Below are positions 62,392 to 64,000 of a DNA stretch of 64,000 bases, piece by piece. Origin of the DNA: Actinomycetota bacterium. GTDB taxonomy: Bacteria > Actinomycetota > AC-67. The stretch lies in the NCBI GenBank assembly GCA_046712825.1, contig JBKKCR010000084.1, positions 2,492 to 66,491 on the forward strand, read 5' to 3'. A program made the position numbers and the translations under genes. The first letter of the stretch is position 1, and every line of letters starts with the position of its first letter. Under the pieces are notes generated by a model. The model saw only the letters and a list, made by a program, of their open reading frames with translations, was not told the DNA's origin and searched no databases.

Positions 62392-64000
62392 ATGGGTAAG
62401 CAGGCGTTCGACGTCTGCATCGTCGGCTCCGGAGCGGGAGGCGGCGTCGCCGCCTACGTCCTCGCGAAGGCCGGCGCGCGCGTGCTCGTGCTCGAGAAGG
62501 GCCCCTGGCTCACCGAGAAGGACTTCGGCGACGATGAGCTCCGATTCGGCGAGCGGAACCTGATCGATCAGGATCCGTTGATCGAGCCCCGCACGTTCCG
62601 CGATCGGCCGGAAGAGGGCCCCCATCAGTTCGTCGGGAAGGTCCTTCCCGTGTCCCGCTGTGTCGGCGGCGGAAGTGTGCACTACGGCGCGGTGTGCTTC
62701 CGTTTCCGGCCCGAAGACTTCAACGCGCGATCGACGTGGGGCGACCTGCCCGGCGCCGACATCGTGGACTGGCCACTCACGTACGACGACCTTGCACCCG
62801 CGTATCGTGATGTCGAGCGGCTCATCGGCGTCGCGGGTGGGCGCATGAAGGACGAGCAGCAGCCGGGCTCCCCGGTGCCCGGGGCGGAGTGGCGGACCGA
62901 TCCGTATCCGATGCCGGGCCATCCGCCGAACTACGGCGCCAAGCTTTTCGAAGAGGCATCCCGGGCGCTCGGTTTCCATCCGTTCCCCACGCCGGTCGCG
63001 ATCAACAACGGGCCGTACGACGGCCGGCCGGGCTGCTCGTACTGCGGGTTCTGCTCGTCGCACGGCTGCCCGATCAACGCCAAAGGCGACACCCGCGTCA
63101 CGGCGCTCGCGAAAGCGGTTGCGACCGGGCGATGCGAGATCCGTCCGGACTCCTACGTGTTCCGGATCGAGATGTCCGGCGGCAACGTGAAGCGTGTGCT
63201 CTACGTCGACGGCGAAGGCGTGACCCGCTCGGCCGAGGCGAAGACCTTCGTGCTCGCGGCATCGACGGTCGACACGCCACGTCTCGTCCTGCTGTCGGAG
63301 CTGCCGCGCAACCTCGTCAATCACGACGTCGTCGGCCGCTATCTGCAGATCCATCATTTCCCCGGAGGCGTCGGCTTCTTCGACGAGCGGATCGACTACT
63401 ACCGCGGGTTCTGGAGCATGCGTTGTCTCGACGACTTCTACCTCGGGCCGCCGGGGGGACCGCCCGTCTTCGGATTCGGAAACCTCCAGACGATCGGCCC
63501 GTCGAGCGGCTATCCGATCCTCGCCGGCGGCATCATCTCGTCGGCCAAGACCGCCGGATGGGGGAGGGGCCACAAGCCGTTCATGCGCAGCGTCTTCGGC
63601 CGCTTCCAGTTCCTCGGGATGGTGGGACAGGATCCGCCGGTCCGCACCAACGTCGTGGATCTCGATCCGATCGTGAAGGACGTCTTCGGGTTCCCCGTCG
63701 CCCGCATCACCTATCTCCATCACCCGAACGATCTGGCGGTTCAGACCGCCATGATCCCGGTCCTGGAGGCGATCTTCACGGCGATGGGAGCCGTGTCGTC
63801 CCAGACGGTGCTGCCGTTCGCGATCCCGACCGGCATCCCGCAGCTCGGCGAAACCGACGCGCACAAACGCGGGATCGGACGCCAGCTTCCGAACCCGATC
63901 GGCGGCGCCGTCAACCATCAGCTCGGCACCATGCGGATGGGCACCGATCCGGATGCAAGCGTGGTCGATGCGGACGGACGTTTCCACGGGATCCCGAACC
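62392..64000 (+). CDS. GMC family FAD-dependent oxidoreductase (gluconate 2-dehydrogenase large-subunit-like), 3' end beyond the window
   Basis: N-terminal FAD motif DVCIVGSGAGGGVAAYVLAKAGARVLVLEKG and the GMC core. No in-frame stop before the window end. The overlapping 533-aa minus-strand ORF is antisense artefact. Confidence 0.8.
   Translation, partial: MGKQAFDVCIVGSGAGGGVAAYVLAKAGARVLVLEKGPWLTEKDFGDDELRFGERNLIDQDPLIEPRTFRDRPEEGPHQFVGKVLPVSRCVGGGSVHYGAVCFRFRPEDFNARSTWGDLPGADIVDWPLTYDDLAPAYRDVERLIGVAGGRMKDEQQPGSPVPGAEWRTDPYPMPGHPPNYGAKLFEEASRALGFHPFPTPVAINNGPYDGRPGCSYCGFCSSHGCPINAKGDTRVTALAKAVATGRCEIRPDSYVFRIEMSGGNVKRVLYVDGEGVTRSAEAKTFVLAASTVDTPRLVLLSELPRNLVNHDVVGRYLQIHHFPGGVGFFDERIDYYRGFWSMRCLDDFYLGPPGGPPVFGFGNLQTIGPSSGYPILAGGIISSAKTAGWGRGHKPFMRSVFGRFQFLGMVGQDPPVRTNVVDLDPIVKDVFGFPVARITYLHHPNDLAVQTAMIPVLEAIFTAMGAVSSQTVLPFAIPTGIPQLGETDAHKRGIGRQLPNPIGGAVNHQLGTMRMGTDPDASVVDADGRFHGIPN

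Noticed and set aside
62386-63987. 533-aa minus-strand ORF
   Set aside because: Antisense to the GMC oxidoreductase gene, whose plus-strand N-terminus has the textbook FAD-binding GxGxxG motif.

Overview
This is a high-GC (about 70 percent) chromosomal window with dense co-directional operons and many 4-bp ATGA/GTGA start-stop overlaps. Its gene content is Actinobacteria-like: MmpL, an LLM-family flavin/F420 oxidoreductase, an HbhA-like protein, VapBC, and class III cyclase-STAND-TPR proteins. From the sequence alone I can support about 75 protein genes, one tRNA-Met(CAU), a few hairpin terminators and several operator-like palindromes. Most long Arg/Ala/Gly-rich ORFs in the six-frame track are antisense or shadow artefacts of the GC bias and are not called. 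There are no CRISPR arrays, transposases or integrases. The main blocks are as follows. (1) The left end has an LLM-SCP2 fusion oxidoreductase, a membrane protein, an epimerase and TetR regulators. (2) A TetR-MmpL pair is flanked by an orphan receiver domain and a standalone E2-type acyltransferase domain. (3) An XRE regulator sits upstream of a short HbhA-like protein. (4) A metallophosphoesterase-Macro-beta-propeller operon follows. (5) A Zur regulon (znuACB-zur) sits divergent to msrB, with a Zur-box-like AT-rich operator in the shared promoter. (6) An AidB-like acyl-CoA dehydrogenase comes next, followed by a VapBC toxin-antitoxin pair. (7) A sulfate-assimilation operon, cysH-sirA, is followed by three tiny ORFs and lies downstream of molybdenum cofactor genes (moaA, mobA, moaD/E, fmdB). 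(8) tRNA-Met is followed 4 bp later by an 872-aa cyclase-NTPase-TPR protein. (9) A 1494-aa Ser/Thr kinase-NTPase-TPR-cyclase protein is translationally coupled to a Crp/Fnr regulator. (10) A glycosyl-glycerate-type cluster contains a PIG-L deacetylase, a GT78-like glycosyltransferase, GpgS, a methyltransferase and an MBL hydrolase, with a low-GC secreted gene embedded in it. (11) Two tandem secreted S1 protease paralogs, a DUF1800/DUF1501 pair, and a gluconate-2-dehydrogenase-like module with an unusual secreted Cys/His-rich insert close the window. The candidates I rate as most novel are the kinase-STAND-cyclase/Crp module, the mini-protein tail of the sulfite reductase operon, the gluconate dehydrogenase-like insert and the atypical-composition secreted gene.
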